This document shows, piece by piece, positions 7,955 through 18,004 of a DNA stretch of 64,000 nt. A program made the translations under genes and the position numbers. Position 1 is the stretch's first letter; the number at the start of each line of letters is the position of its first letter. Source of the DNA: an uncultured Solirubrobacterales bacterium (GTDB lineage: Bacteria > Actinomycetota > Thermoleophilia > Solirubrobacterales > 70-9). Under the pieces are notes generated by a model that searched no databases, had not been told where the DNA came from, and worked only from the letters and a program-made list of their open reading frames with translations. The stretch spans positions 14,622 to 78,621 of the forward strand of contig CAVUZA010000001.1 in NCBI GenBank assembly GCA_963745915.1, written 5' to 3'.

Positions 7955-9652
7955 TCACCGCCTGCTGATCAACCCCAGGACAACGACGGCAACGGCGATC
8001 GCGCCGAACACCGCGTCAGCCGTGATCACATCCCCGCTGAAGCCCTCCGTCCCGTGCACCCCCACACCGAGGCCGACCACCATGCCCGCACCCCCAGCCA
8101 TCCCCAGCACGGCTGGCACGTCGGAGTCCTCGCGCTGCAGCTGGGAGGCCAGCACGCCAACCCAGAAGAGGCAGCCCGAAGCCACCATCAGCGCGACCCC
8201 GATGCCCGCGAGCTGAGGATGGGCGGCGTTCGCCTGGATGCTGCCCGAGTGAGCGATCCGGTCGGCGACGAAGGCGAAGCCGAGCAGACCGAGGCAAATC
8301 ACGACGGTCAGCAGAGCGATCCTCCCAACCCGCCCCGCCATCGGCCACCGTCGACCCGGCAGCTCCGTGCCCATGCTGTCCAGGCTGCGCCTGGCGTCCT
8401 CGTATCCCAGCCTCATCAGCCACCTCGCCCGGCGCGGCGAGAAACGCAGCGTGCCGCGCAGGAGCCCTCCCAACCGCCGCGAGGGGACGATGTGCACCAG
8501 CTTCGGCAGCGGGCGGCGGGGCAGGGGCTCGTCGGCGTAGAGGTCCGGCCAGTCGGAGAGCTCCACCTTCGAGCCGTGAAGGGCGATGAATTTCCTCAGG
8601 TTCTCCTTTGATTCGCCCTCGATCGCGAGCTTGTGCTCGAGTTCTGCGACCCTGGTGCCGACCACGTCGTCGACGTGAGACGAGTCGCCGCGTCTACCCA
8701 GGCGGTGATCGAGGTGCACCACGACGATCGTCTCGCAGCCGCGATCGACGAGCGGCAGGACCGGTGTGTTGTCCGCCAGGCCGCCGTCGAGCCAGCCCTC
8801 ATCGTTCAGCTTGCGGTTGGGGAAAATGCCGAACGGCAGGCTGGCCGAACCCAGGAGCAGGTCGACGATGGCGTCCGAATCCTTGCCGTTGAGACGCGAG
8901 TAGGCCGGCAGGTACTCCCGGGACATGTGCGGGAAGTAGTAGTAGTTACCGCCAGCCTCGACCATCTCGTAGGCGGGGTGCTCGGGGTCGAAGAGCTCGG
9001 CCCCCCTGGCCGCGGTCACGATCGTGGTGACGTCGCTCTCGCGAACCGCCACCGGGTCCAGGTGGTGCACGATCGTCTCCTTCAGGGGCCGATTGTCGAG
9101 GACAAAGAGGTTCAGCCTTTCGATCAGGAACCAGCCGCCGACCGGAACCCCCACGACGAGCACCATGATCAGGTAGTAGACGAGCAGGCCGCGAACGTCG
9201 CTCCAGTCGGCGCTGCCGGAGGCCAGGGCGATCACGATCGTCGGCCCGCCGACCACCACGAGGACGAAAAGCATCCCGCGGAGCAGGAGCCAGTCGATGC
9301 CGCGCTTGCCGGCAGTGGAGCGGCGGTAGTAGAAGAGGCCTGGGAGGAGGACGAGGCGCAGGAGCAGGGCGGGAAGACGCCGAAGCGTCAGCTTGAAGAC
9401 GTCCTTGGCCGTTATCTGGGACCACAGCCGTTCCGCCCGCTCCAGATCGCCCTGGGCCACCAGGGCGGCGTTGAGAGCGCCAACCGAGGTGCCAGCCACC
9501 GCGTCGACTGCGATGCCTCGCTCGCGGAGGGCGCGCCAGCAGCCGACCTCATAGGCCCCCTTGCCGCCTCCACCCGAGAGCACGAGGCCCACGGTTCCCA
9601 ACCGCGAGTGCCGCCCGCCTTCCCTTCCAGCGGCGGAGCCGGCGTCGTTCAT
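7955..9652 (-). CDS. Patatin-like phospholipase, polytopic membrane form
   Basis: The ATG at 9650-9652 gives 566 codons. SGGGGKGAY (oxyanion), GTSVG (GxSxG) and DGGLADNTP (catalytic Asp). Hydrophobic helices lie between the Ser and Asp motifs, and four more at the C-terminus. The track ORF 7955..11362 is a run-on from frameshifted ilvD. Confidence 0.8.
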   Translation of the reverse strand: MNDAGSAAGREGGRHSRLGTVGLVLSGGGGKGAYEVGCWRALRERGIAVDAVAGTSVGALNAALVAQGDLERAERLWSQITAKDVFKLTLRRLPALLLRLVLLPGLFYYRRSTAGKRGIDWLLLRGMLFVLVVVGGPTIVIALASGSADWSDVRGLLVYYLIMVLVVGVPVGGWFLIERLNLFVLDNRPLKETIVHHLDPVAVRESDVTTIVTAARGAELFDPEHPAYEMVEAGGNYYYFPHMSREYLPAYSRLNGKDSDAIVDLLLGSASLPFGIFPNRKLNDEGWLDGGLADNTPVLPLVDRGCETIVVVHLDHRLGRRGDSSHVDDVVGTRVAELEHKLAIEGESKENLRKFIALHGSKVELSDWPDLYADEPLPRRPLPKLVHIVPSRRLGGLLRGTLRFSPRRARWLMRLGYEDARRSLDSMGTELPGRRWPMAGRVGRIALLTVVICLGLLGFAFVADRIAHSGSIQANAAHPQLAGIGVALMVASGCLFWVGVLASQLQREDSDVPAVLGMAGGAGMVVGLGVGVHGTEGFSGDVITADAVFGAIAVAVVVLGLISRR

Positions 9653-9672
9653 GCTCAGGAAGGCTAAAACAT

Positions 9673-11362
9673 TCAGCCGGTGACTGCGCCGAGCGAGGCC
9701 GAGGAGACCGTGTCCGCGTACTTGGACATCACGCCGGCGCCGAAGGGGGATGGCGGGGACTCGTAGGCGGCCACCCGCTCGGCGATCTGCTCGTCGGTGA
9801 GGGCGACGTCGAGCCGGCGGCCCTCGATGTCGACGGTGACCTCGTCGCCCTCGCGGATCGCGGCGATCGGGCCGCCGCGGGCCGCCTCGGGGGCGACGTG
9901 GCCGATCATCAGGCCGCGGGTGGCGCCGGAGAAGCGGCCGTCGGTGACCATCGCAACCGTCTCCCCCAGGCCCTCGCCGACGATCGCCGCGGTGACCTGG
10001 AGCATCTCGCGCATGCCGGGCCCGCCGACCGGGCCCTCGTTGCGGATCACGACCACGTCGCCGGGGTCGATCTTGCCGTCCTTGACCGCCCGGAAGCATT
10101 CTTCTTCGGACTCGAAGACCCGCGCCGGGCCGGTCTGCCTGGTGCGCTCGGTGCCGGCCAGCTTGACCACGGCGCCGTCGGGCGCCAGGTTGCCGCGCAG
10201 GATCGCCAGGCCGCCTTCGGACTTCTTCGGGTCCTGCAGCGGGCGCACGACTTCCTGGCCCGGCTTCTCGGTCGCCTCGGCGGCGACCTCGCCGATCGTC
10301 TTGCCGGTGACCGTCAGCGCCCCCTCGTGCAGGCTGCCCGCTTCGGCGAGGCGTTTGAGGATCACCGGCACGCCGCCGGCCGCGTAGAGGTCGGTGGCGA
10401 CGAAGCGGCCGCCCGGCTTGAGGTCGGCGAGCAGCGGCGTCGCCCGCGAGAATCCGCTCGAAGTCGTCGATCCCGAGCTCGATCCCGACCTCGCGGGCGA
10501 GCGCGATCAGGTGCAGGACGGCGTTGGTCGAGCCGCCCGATGCGCAGACGCAGGCGATCGCGTTCTCCAGCGCCTCGCGGGTGACCACCCTGCTCGGCCG
10601 GATGTCCTCAGCGAGGACCTTGACAACCAGCTCGCCGATCCGCTCGGCGACCGTGCCCTTGTCCTCGTCTTCGGCCGGCACCATCGCCGAGCCGCCGGCG
10701 CTGATCCCCAGCGCCTCGAAGGCGCAGGCCATCGTGTTGGCGGTGAACTGGCCACCGCAGGCGCCGGCGCCGGGGCTGGCCGCGCCCTCCAGATCGTGCA
10801 ACTCCTCGTCGCTCATGTCGCCGGCGGCGTGGGCGCCGATTGCCTCGAAGACGTCGAGGATCGTCACGTCGCGCCCGTGCCAGTGGCCGGGGGCGATCGA
10901 GCCGCCGTAGAGGACGACCGAGGGCACGTCGAGGCGGGCCAGGGCCATCGCGCAGCCGGGGATCGTCTTGTCGCAGGCGCAGAGGGCGACGATCGCGTCG
11001 AACTGGTAGCCGCGCGCCATCAGCTCGATCGAGTCGGCAATCACCTCGCGGCTGACCAGCGAGGCCTTCATCCCCTGGGTGCCCATCGTCACCCCGTCGG
11101 AGACGGCGACGGTGTTGAACTCCATCGGCGTGCCGCCGGCGGCACGCACCCCCTCCTTGACGTGCTCGGCGAGGCCACGCAGGTGGAAGTTGCAGGGCAT
11201 CGCCTCGGTCCAGGTGTTGGCGATCCCGATCGTCGGCCGGCTCAGCGCCTCGTCGTCGAAGCCGATCCCCTTCATGTAGGCGCGGGCGTGGGCGCGGTCA
11301 GGCCCATCGAAGACGGTGGCGGAACGCGGGCGGGGCAGTCTGGTGGTGGTGTCAGAGTTCAT
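9673..11362 (-). pseudogene. ilvD: Dihydroxy-acid dehydratase IlvD, split by an apparent +1 insertion at about 10451-10452
   Basis: The N-terminal frame runs from 11362 (…CDKTIPGCAMA…GIDDFERI). The C-terminal frame is ORF 9673..10371 plus upstream TPLLADLKPGGRFVATDLYAAGG (…TDGRFSGATRGLMIGHVAPEA). The 1690-nt length is 1 mod 3. Confidence 0.9.
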
Positions 11363-11371
11363 GACCGAAAT

Positions 11372-12226
11372 CTACTCACCAGTGGATGAAGGATTGTGCG
11401 CGCCATGCGCGGACAATCCTTCATCGAGGCCGAAGACGTCGACGGGTCCCGCCCCCTCTCCAATGGAGCTGAGGCCGTTGGCCACCGCGTCGCTCGCGAT
11501 CCGGTTGGCTTGGCGGGCGGCCTCCAGGGGCGTGAGGCCGAGGGCGAGGTGGGCGGCGAGGGCGGAGGAGTGGGTGCAGCCGGAGCCGTGGGCGGCGCCG
11601 TTCTCGTGACGCTGGCCGGCGATCTCCTCCGCCTCGCGCCCGTCGAAGAAGAGGTCGACCAGGCGCTCGCTGTGGCCGCCGGTGACGACCACCGCGCGCG
11701 GACCGAGCGCCAGCACCTCGCGCGCCAGATCCTCCTGGGAGTGCGGCTCCTCGGAGCCGGTCAGGGCGATCGCCTCGGGGATGTTGGGGGTGACGACGGT
11801 GGCCAGCGGCAGCAGGCGCTCGACCAGGGCGGCGCGGGCGTCCTCGGCCAGCAGCACGGCGCCGCTCTCGGCGACCATCACCGGATCGACGACGACCGGC
11901 GCCTCGCCGAGCATGCTCAGCGCCTCGACCACCGCCTCGACCGTCTCCGCCGTGCCCAGCATCCCGACCTTGACCGCGTCGACGCCGATGTCGTCGGCGA
12001 CCGCTCCCACCTGGGCCAGGATCGTCTCCGGCGAGACCGCCTCGACCGCCTCGACCCCGACCGTGCTCTGCGCCGTGATCGCGGTCACCGCCGTCATCCC
12101 GTGCACGCCGCAGCGCGCGAACGCCTTCAGGTCCGCCTGTATCCCCGCCCCACCGCCGGAGTCCGAGCCGGCGATCGAGAGCACCGCTGGAACGCGCTCC
12201 TGGCTCATGCCCCGCACCCTAGACAC
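11372..12226 (-). CDS. thiD: Hydroxymethylpyrimidine/phosphomethylpyrimidine kinase
   Basis: 284 aa. [31 protein letters not shown], ...[15 protein letters not shown]. Alternative start MSQE at 12208. Confidence 0.9.
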   Translation of the reverse strand: MSRVRGMSQERVPAVLSIAGSDSGGGAGIQADLKAFARCGVHGMTAVTAITAQSTVGVEAVEAVSPETILAQVGAVADDIGVDAVKVGMLGTAETVEAVVEALSMLGEAPVVVDPVMVAESGAVLLAEDARAALVERLLPLATVVTPNIPEAIALTGSEEPHSQEDLAREVLALGPRAVVVTGGHSERLVDLFFDGREAEEIAGQRHENGAAHGSGCTHSSALAAHLALGLTPLEAARQANRIASDAVANGLSSIGEGAGPVDVFGLDEGLSAHGAHNPSSTGE

Positions 12227-13334
12227 CCGGAACCGCCAGCATCGTGCGCGTGTAGGTGCCGAGCAGGGAGCAGGTCAGGTAGCCGGCGGCCTCGAGGGTG
12301 GCGAGGGCGGCGGCGGCCTCGGCGCCGGAGAGGTCGAGGCGGGCGGCGAGGGCGTCGCTGGTCTCGACGCCGGCCTCGACCGCGGCCAGCGCCGCGGCCA
12401 GCTGCGGCTCGAGCGGCGGGCCGCTGCGCTGCGCCTTGCGCTTGCCGGGGCCGAGCATCGCGTCGAGCACGTCCTGGGCGTCGCGGACCAGGCAGGCGCC
12501 GCCGGCGAGCAGCTCGTTGGTCCCGGCCGAGGCGCGCGAGGTGACCGGGCCCGGCACCGCGCCGAGGTCGCGGCCGAGGTCGGCCGCCAGGTCGGCGGTG
12601 ATCAGCGAGCCGGAGCGGCCGGCGGCCTCGACCACCACCGTCATCCCGGCCAGCGCCGCCATGATCCGGTTGCGCGCCGGGAAAGACCAGCGCCAGGCGC
12701 CGGTGCCCGGCGGCAGCTCGGAGAGGACCAGGCCGGCCTCGGCGATCCGCCGCCAGAGCGAGCGGTGCGCGGCCGGGTAGGGGACGTCGGCGCCGCAGCC
12801 CAGCACCGCCACCGTGAGGCCGGCCTCAAGCGCCCCCTTGTGGACGCAGGAGTCGATCCCGAAGGCCATGCCGCTGACCACGACGAGCCCGGCCGACGCC
12901 AGCTCCTGCCCGAGCTCGCGGGCGACGCCGCGGCCGTAGGCGCTGGCCCGCCGCGAGCCGACCACGGTCACCGATTCCTCCGGCAGCACATGGGCGAGCA
13001 GGTCCGGATCGCCGCGGCCGAAGAGCGCCCAGGGCGCGTCGGCGGCGTCGCCGAGGCCGGCCGGGAAGCCGGGGTGGTGGCGGCAGATCGCCCAGCAGCC
13101 GCTCGCCCGCAGCTCCTCGCGCAGCCGGTCCTCGGGCGTGGCGGCGACCTGGGCGACGATCTGGGCGGCGATCTTCGGCGCGACGGCCGCGGCCAGGTCC
13201 TCGTTGGAGAGGCGCAGCAGCTCCGGCGAGCGCGAGCCGGGCGCCCCGGTCGCGACCTTCTCGACGTAGGGGGCGAGGTGGGCGAGCAGCCGCGCCCGGC
13301 GGCGGCACTGGGGACAGGCGCTGGGCAGGCTCAT
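12219..13334 (-). CDS. dprA: DNA-processing protein DprA
   Basis: The ATG at 13332-13334 overlaps the comM-like stop (ATGA). [42 protein letters not shown]. The upstream part of track ORF 12219..13862 is an Arg/Pro-rich artefact. Confidence 0.9.
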   Translation of the reverse strand: MSLPSACPQCRRRARLLAHLAPYVEKVATGAPGSRSPELLRLSNEDLAAAVAPKIAAQIVAQVAATPEDRLREELRASGCWAICRHHPGFPAGLGDAADAPWALFGRGDPDLLAHVLPEESVTVVGSRRASAYGRGVARELGQELASAGLVVVSGMAFGIDSCVHKGALEAGLTVAVLGCGADVPYPAAHRSLWRRIAEAGLVLSELPPGTGAWRWSFPARNRIMAALAGMTVVVEAAGRSGSLITADLAADLGRDLGAVPGPVTSRASAGTNELLAGGACLVRDAQDVLDAMLGPGKRKAQRSGPPLEPQLAAALAAVEAGVETSDALAARLDLSGAEAAAALATLEAAGYLTCSLLGTYTRTMLAVPGV

Positions 13335-14824
13335 CCGCGGTCCCTCCGGCGCAGCTGCAGCGCCTGGGCCACCTGGTCGCGCCCGATCGAGTCGAGGCCG
13401 GCGAGGTCGGCGACCGTCCGCGCCAGGCGCAGCACCCGGTCGTGGGCGCGACCGCTCAGCCGCCGGCTCGAGTAGGACTCGGCGAGCAGGGCGGCGGCGT
13501 CCTCGGCGAGCGCGCAGCGGCGCAGCTCGGTCGACGACATCTCGGCGTTGCAGCGGCCGGCGCCGAGCCGCGCTTCCTGCCGCTCGCGGGCGGCGACCAC
13601 CCGCTCGCGCACCGCCGCCGAGGGCTCGCCGGGCGGGCCGCCGATCTCCTCGGCGCTGGGCTGGCGGATCGCCGCCAGCAGGTCGATGCGGTCGGCCAGC
13701 GCCCCGCTCAGCTTCGCCTGGTAGCGCTGCACGGCGAGCGGCGCACAGCTGCAGTCGGGGTCGGCCTCGCCGCGCCCGCAGGGGCAGGGGTTGGCGGCGG
13801 CGACGAGCATGAAGCGACAGGGCAGCTGGCGCCAGGACCCGGCCCGCGCGATCGAGACCCATCCCGTCTCCAGCGGCGCCCGCAGCGCCTCGAGGCTGTC
13901 GCGGTGGAACTCGCCGAGCTCGTCGAGGAAGAGCACGCCGCGGTGGGCCAGCGTCACCTCGCCTGGGCCGGGCGGGTTGCCGCCGCCGATCAGCCCGGCG
14001 GCGCTGATCGAGTGGTGGGGCGCGCGGAAGGGGCGTCCGCCGGACCCCTCCCCCAGCCGCCCGCAGGCGCTGGCGATGCGCGCCACCTGCAGTCCCTCCT
14101 CGGCGGAGAGCGGCGGCAGGATCGAGGGCAGCCGGCCCGCCGCCAGCGACTTGCCGGCGCCGGGCGGGCCGATCATCAGCAGGCTGTGGCCGCCGGCGGC
14201 GGCGACCTCGAGCGCGTAGCGCAGGTGGCGCTGTCCGCGCAGGTCGGCGAGATCGGGAGCGCCCTCGCCCGGCGCCAGCCCGAGCCGCATCGGCGCCGGC
14301 CGCTGCGGAGCCAGATCGCCCTCCGCCAGCGCCGCCAGCTGGCCCAGCCCCTCGAGGGCGATCACCTCGATGCCCTCGACCAGGGCCGCCTCTGGCCCGT
14401 TGGCGGCGGGGACGACGATCGCCTCGCGCCCCGCGGCGCGCGCCGCCTCGGCGATCGCCAGCACGCCGGGGACCGGGCGCACGCCGCCGTCGAGGGCGAG
14501 CTCGCCGACCAGGGCGATGCCGGGCAGGCGGGCGAGGCTGAGCTGCCCCGACGCGGTCAGCAGCGCCGTCGCCAGCGCCAGGTCGAGGCCGGGCCCGGCC
14601 TTGCGCAGGCTGGCCGGCGCCAGGTTGGCGACGATCCGCCGCAGGGGGAAGTCGAAGCCGCAGTTGGAGATCGCCGCCCGCACCCGCTCGCGCGCCTCGC
14701 GCACCGCGGCGTCGGGCAGGCCGACGACGGCGAAGGCGGGCAGGCCGCGGTGGACGTCGACCTCGACCCGGACCGGGCGGGCGGCGATGCCGTCGAGGGT
14801 GAAGGTCTGCGCGGTGGCGAGCAC
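13331..14824 (-). CDS. YifB/ComM family Mg-chelatase-like ATPase
   Basis: [26 protein letters not shown], Walker A GPPGAGKS, Walker [11 protein letters not shown]. The maximal ORF reaches ATG 14896. The GTG at 14824 (VLATAQTF...) matches the usual family N-terminus. Confidence 0.85.
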   Translation of the reverse strand: MLATAQTFTLDGIAARPVRVEVDVHRGLPAFAVVGLPDAAVREARERVRAAISNCGFDFPLRRIVANLAPASLRKAGPGLDLALATALLTASGQLSLARLPGIALVGELALDGGVRPVPGVLAIAEAARAAGREAIVVPAANGPEAALVEGIEVIALEGLGQLAALAEGDLAPQRPAPMRLGLAPGEGAPDLADLRGQRHLRYALEVAAAGGHSLLMIGPPGAGKSLAAGRLPSILPPLSAEEGLQVARIASACGRLGEGSGGRPFRAPHHSISAAGLIGGGNPPGPGEVTLAHRGVLFLDELGEFHRDSLEALRAPLETGWVSIARAGSWRQLPCRFMLVAAANPCPCGRGEADPDCSCAPLAVQRYQAKLSGALADRIDLLAAIRQPSAEEIGGPPGEPSAAVRERVVAARERQEARLGAGRCNAEMSSTELRRCALAEDAAALLAESYSSRRLSGRAHDRVLRLARTVADLAGLDSIGRDQVAQALQLRRRDRG

Positions 14825-14949
14825 GGAGACGACGCTAGGGAGGGAAATCCGACGTGTGGGACGCACAAGCGCGCGGCTCTGGAATTCCTTCCGCACGAAA
14901 GGCGCGCAGCGGCCCTCGCCGCCCCGATCCGCCCCTAGATTGGGCCGCG

Positions 14950-15327
14950 ATGACCGTGCGCAGGCAGCAGATCGGGCGGGCCGCCGAGGGCTTGGTCGCC
15001 GCCCGCCTGCAGGACGCCGGCTGGCGCCTGCTCGAGCGCAACGCCCGCACCCGCCACGGCGAGCTCGACCTCGTCGCCCTCGACGGCCGCGCCCTGGTCT
15101 TCGTCGAGGTCAAGGCCGGCCGCGCCGGCTCCGCCTTCGGCCCCGAGCGCCCGGTGCTCGCCGTCGACCGCCGCAAGCAGCTCCGCGTCCGCAAGCTCGC
15201 CACCGCCTGGATGGCCGAGCACCGCGGACCCCTCCGCTACGCCTCCATCCGCTTCGACGCGATCGGCGTCACATTCGACCGCAATGGCCAAGTCGTCGAC
15301 GTAGAGCACCTGCGCGGCGCCTTCTAG
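14950..15327 (+). CDS. yraN: YraN family (UPF0102) endonuclease-like protein
   Basis: ATG at 14950. GRAAEGLVAARL...GELDLVALDG..LVFVEVK... It is on the opposite strand to all its usual neighbours. Confidence 0.85.
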   Translation: MTVRRQQIGRAAEGLVAARLQDAGWRLLERNARTRHGELDLVALDGRALVFVEVKAGRAGSAFGPERPVLAVDRRKQLRVRKLATAWMAEHRGPLRYASIRFDAIGVTFDRNGQVVDVEHLRGAF

Positions 15328-16002
15328 CTAGCCGGCCAGCTCGAGCTGCGAGTACGCCACCGACTGAAACGACCGTCGGTGCAGGGGTGAGATGCCGATC
15401 CGCTCGATCGCCTCGCGGTGCTCGGGGGTCGAGTAGCCGACGTGCTCCTCGAAGCCCCAGCCGGGATGCCGGTCGGCGGCGCGGTGCATGTAGCGGTCGC
15501 GGGTGACCTTGGCGATCACCGAGGCGGCGGCGATCGCGGCGCTGGTGCCGTCGCCCTCGACCACCGCCCGGTGCGCCACCGCGCAGCGGCGCAGCGAGAA
15601 GCCGTCGACCAGGCAGGTCGCCTCGCCCGGCGCCAGGCGCTCCAGCGCCACCGAGAGCGCTTCGATGTTGGTCACGTGCAGGCCGCGGCCGTCGATCCCG
15701 CGGGCGCAGCGGACGACGACGCTGACCCGCTCGGCGGCGCGCAGCACGGCGGGGAACATCTCGGCCCGCTGCTCGGCCTTCATCTGCTTGGAGTCGTGCA
15801 GGCCGCCGAGCGCCCGCCGGTCGGCGGCGGAGAGGTTCTCGTAGTCGAAGAGCACGGCGGCGGCGACCAGCGGCCCGGCGAGGCAGCCGCGCCCGGCCTC
15901 GTCGGCGCCGGCGACCAGGCGTGAGCCGAGGCCGCGGTCGAAGCTGAACAGGCGCTGGGTGCGGGCCAGGCGACGTCGGTGCGCCTTGCCGCCCTTCGCC
16001 AC
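15328..16002 (-). CDS. rnhB: Ribonuclease HII
   Basis: GADEAGRGCLAGPLVAAAV, DSKQM, ...ASVIAKVTRD. The GTG at 16000-16002 lies just after the lepB stop. The maximal ORF to 16113 would overlap lepB. Confidence 0.88.
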   Translation of the reverse strand: MAKGGKAHRRRLARTQRLFSFDRGLGSRLVAGADEAGRGCLAGPLVAAAVLFDYENLSAADRRALGGLHDSKQMKAEQRAEMFPAVLRAAERVSVVVRCARGIDGRGLHVTNIEALSVALERLAPGEATCLVDGFSLRRCAVAHRAVVEGDGTSAAIAAASVIAKVTRDRYMHRAADRHPGWGFEEHVGYSTPEHREAIERIGISPLHRRSFQSVAYSQLELAG

Positions 16003-16006
16003 CGGC

Positions 16007-16591
16007 TTAGAAGATCCCGACCCGGTCGGGGGGCCAGTAGGTGGCGAAGGTCTTGCCGATGATCCACTCGCGCGGGACGGGTCCCCAGAAGCGGCTGTCG
16101 TCGCTTTCGCCACGGTTGTCGCCCATCATGAAGTAGTGATCAGCCGGAATCTTGATCTTCTTCGGCAGGTTGCAGGCGGGCAGCGTGCCGCAGGGCCGGA
16201 TGAAGGACTCGTCGGCCTTTTCGACCCCGTTGACCACCGGGTGGCCGTTGCGGACGCTGAGCGTGTCGCCGGGGCCGGCGACGATCCGCTTGATGAAGTT
16301 CTGGCTCGACTCGCCCTTGGTCGGCAGCGGGCAGGACATGCCGATGTCGATCGGCTGGCGGCCCTGGACGAGCTTGCCGCAGATCGCCGGCTGCGAGTCG
16401 GCGCCGACCGGCGGGTGGAAGACGACGATGTCGCCGATCCCGGGGTCGCCGAAGTGGTACTGGAAGCGGTTGACGAGGACGCGCTGGCCGACGTCGAGGG
16501 TCGGCTCCATCGACTGCGAGGGGATCTGGTAGGGCTTGACCAGCCAGGCCTGGATCGCGAGCGCCAGGGCGATCGCGAGGGCGACGATCAC
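16007..16591 (-). CDS. lepB: Signal peptidase I
   Basis: 194 aa. TM IVALAIALALAIQAWLV, Ser box SQSMEPTL, GDIVVF, box E GDNRGESDDSRFWG. Confidence 0.92.
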   Translation of the reverse strand: MIVALAIALALAIQAWLVKPYQIPSQSMEPTLDVGQRVLVNRFQYHFGDPGIGDIVVFHPPVGADSQPAICGKLVQGRQPIDIGMSCPLPTKGESSQNFIKRIVAGPGDTLSVRNGHPVVNGVEKADESFIRPCGTLPACNLPKKIKIPADHYFMMGDNRGESDDSRFWGPVPREWIIGKTFATYWPPDRVGIF

Positions 16592-16644
16592 GGCGACCTC
16601 GACCAGGCCGCCGCCGCGCGTCTGCGGCTTCGGGAGCGAGGGGT

Positions 16645-17268
16645 TCAGGCCGAGTCCTCGCCGGAGTCGCCGGAGCCCTCGGCCTCGGCCTCACCCTCGG
16701 CGACAGTCTCCCCAGCATCCGCCTCGTCCGACTCCTCTTCAGCCTCAGCCGGCTCAGGCGCCGACGCGTCCGGCTGATCCGCCTCTGCCTCCGGCGCCTC
16801 GGCCTCGGGTGCCGCCTCATCCTGCACCGCGGCGTCTTCCTCGGCCTGGCTGTGACCCTCGGCGTCGACCGCTTCGGGCTCCTCGGCCGCGGCCGGGGCC
16901 GCGATCAGCTCCTCGTCGATGCCCCAGCGCCGCTCGGCGACGCGGGCGGCCTTGCCGATCCGGCCGCGCAGGTAGTAGAGCTTGGCCCGGCGCACGGCGC
17001 CGCGCGCCGCCACCTCGAGCTGCTCGATCTTCGGCGAGTGCAGCGGGAAGGTCCGCTCGACGCCGACCCCGAAGGACTGCTTGCGCACGGTGAAGGTCTC
17101 ACGCGCGCCGGAGCCCTGCCGCCGCAGGACGATCCCCTCGAACACCTGGGTGCGGCGGCGGCTGCCCTCGACGACCTGGAAGTGGACGCGCACACGGTCC
17201 CCCGGGTCGAAGCCGGGGATCCCCTTGCGCAGCTGGCTGCGCTCGATGTCCTGGATAACGCTGCTCAT
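16645..17268 (-). CDS. rplS: 50S ribosomal protein L19 with a ~90-aa acidic C-terminal extension
   Basis: The L19 core is [44 protein letters not shown]...YYLRGR. It is followed by an Ala/Glu/Asp/Pro-rich tail to 207 aa. Confidence 0.92.
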   Translation of the reverse strand: MSSVIQDIERSQLRKGIPGFDPGDRVRVHFQVVEGSRRRTQVFEGIVLRRQGSGARETFTVRKQSFGVGVERTFPLHSPKIEQLEVAARGAVRRAKLYYLRGRIGKAARVAERRWGIDEELIAAPAAAEEPEAVDAEGHSQAEEDAAVQDEAAPEAEAPEAEADQPDASAPEPAEAEEESDEADAGETVAEGEAEAEGSGDSGEDSA

Positions 17269-17326
17269 CGGCCGAAAAAAGACCGCCGGGCCCGGGCCGG
17301 GCGCCGCGCGGTGCGCGCAATCGTAC

Positions 17327-18004
17327 CTACTCGGCGCCTTCTTCGAGCTCTTCGGCCCGAACCCGGCTCTGCTCGGCGCGCCAGAGCCGCACCTTCTCGT
17401 GGTCGCCGGAGAGCAGCACCTCGGGAACCGGCCAGCCGCGGTACTCGGCCGGCCGGGTGAAATGCGGGTACTCGGGCATGCCCTCGAGCGTCTGGCTGAA
17501 GGACTCCTCGACCGCGCTGCGCTCGTCGCCGAGCGCCCCCGGCAGCTTGCGCATCAGGACGTCGGCGAGGACCATCGCCGGCAGCTCGCCGCCGGCCAGC
17601 ACGTAGCGGCCGATCGAGACCTCGTCGTCGGCGAGGTGCTGGTGGACGCGGTCGTCGAAGCCCTCGTAGCGGCCGCAGAGGAGCGCCAGGTGCGGCTCGC
17701 CGGTCAGCTCGTCGGCCAGCTCGTCGTCGAGCAGCCGCCCGCTCGGCGAGAGCAGCACCCGCCGCGGCCGCTCCCCCGCCGGGTAGGCGGCCTGCAGCGC
17801 CGCGTCGACCACGTCGACGCGCAGCACCATCCCGGCGCCGCCCCCGTAGGGCGCGTCGTCGACCTGGCCGGCGCCCAGCGGCGTCGTCTCGCGGTAGTCG
17901 AAGAAGCGCAGCTCGTTGCCTTCGCGCAGCGCGTTCTGCACCGAGCGCTGCGACTGGAACCAGTCGAAGGCCCCGGGGAAGAGGGTGAAGATGTCGAGCT
18001 TCAA
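17327..18004 (-). CDS. trmD: tRNA (guanine37-N1)-methyltransferase
   Basis: 225 aa. [11 protein letters not shown]..., [42 protein letters not shown]. The TTG start overlaps the KH-gene stop (TTGA). Confidence 0.93.
   Translation of the reverse strand: MKLDIFTLFPGAFDWFQSQRSVQNALREGNELRFFDYRETTPLGAGQVDDAPYGGGAGMVLRVDVVDAALQAAYPAGERPRRVLLSPSGRLLDDELADELTGEPHLALLCGRYEGFDDRVHQHLADDEVSIGRYVLAGGELPAMVLADVLMRKLPGALGDERSAVEESFSQTLEGMPEYPHFTRPAEYRGWPVPEVLLSGDHEKVRLWRAEQSRVRAEELEEGAE

Noticed and set aside
7955-11362. 1135-aa ORF that looks like an IlvD-patatin fusion protein.
   Set aside because: The middle ~270 residues are Arg/Gly/Pro garbage produced by the ilvD frameshift at about 10451. The true IlvD C-terminus is in ORF 9673..10371, with its own stop at 9673. 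Patatin has its own ATG at 9652.
17272-17315. GC-rich near-palindrome plus a T6 run (minus strand) 7 nt upstream of the rplS ATG, as an intrinsic terminator/attenuator.
   Set aside because: The best stem I can draw has only about 5 bp plus a mismatch around a CCCGGG loop, which is too weak to call without folding software. It may still matter, because no Shine-Dalgarno sequence is visible before rplS.
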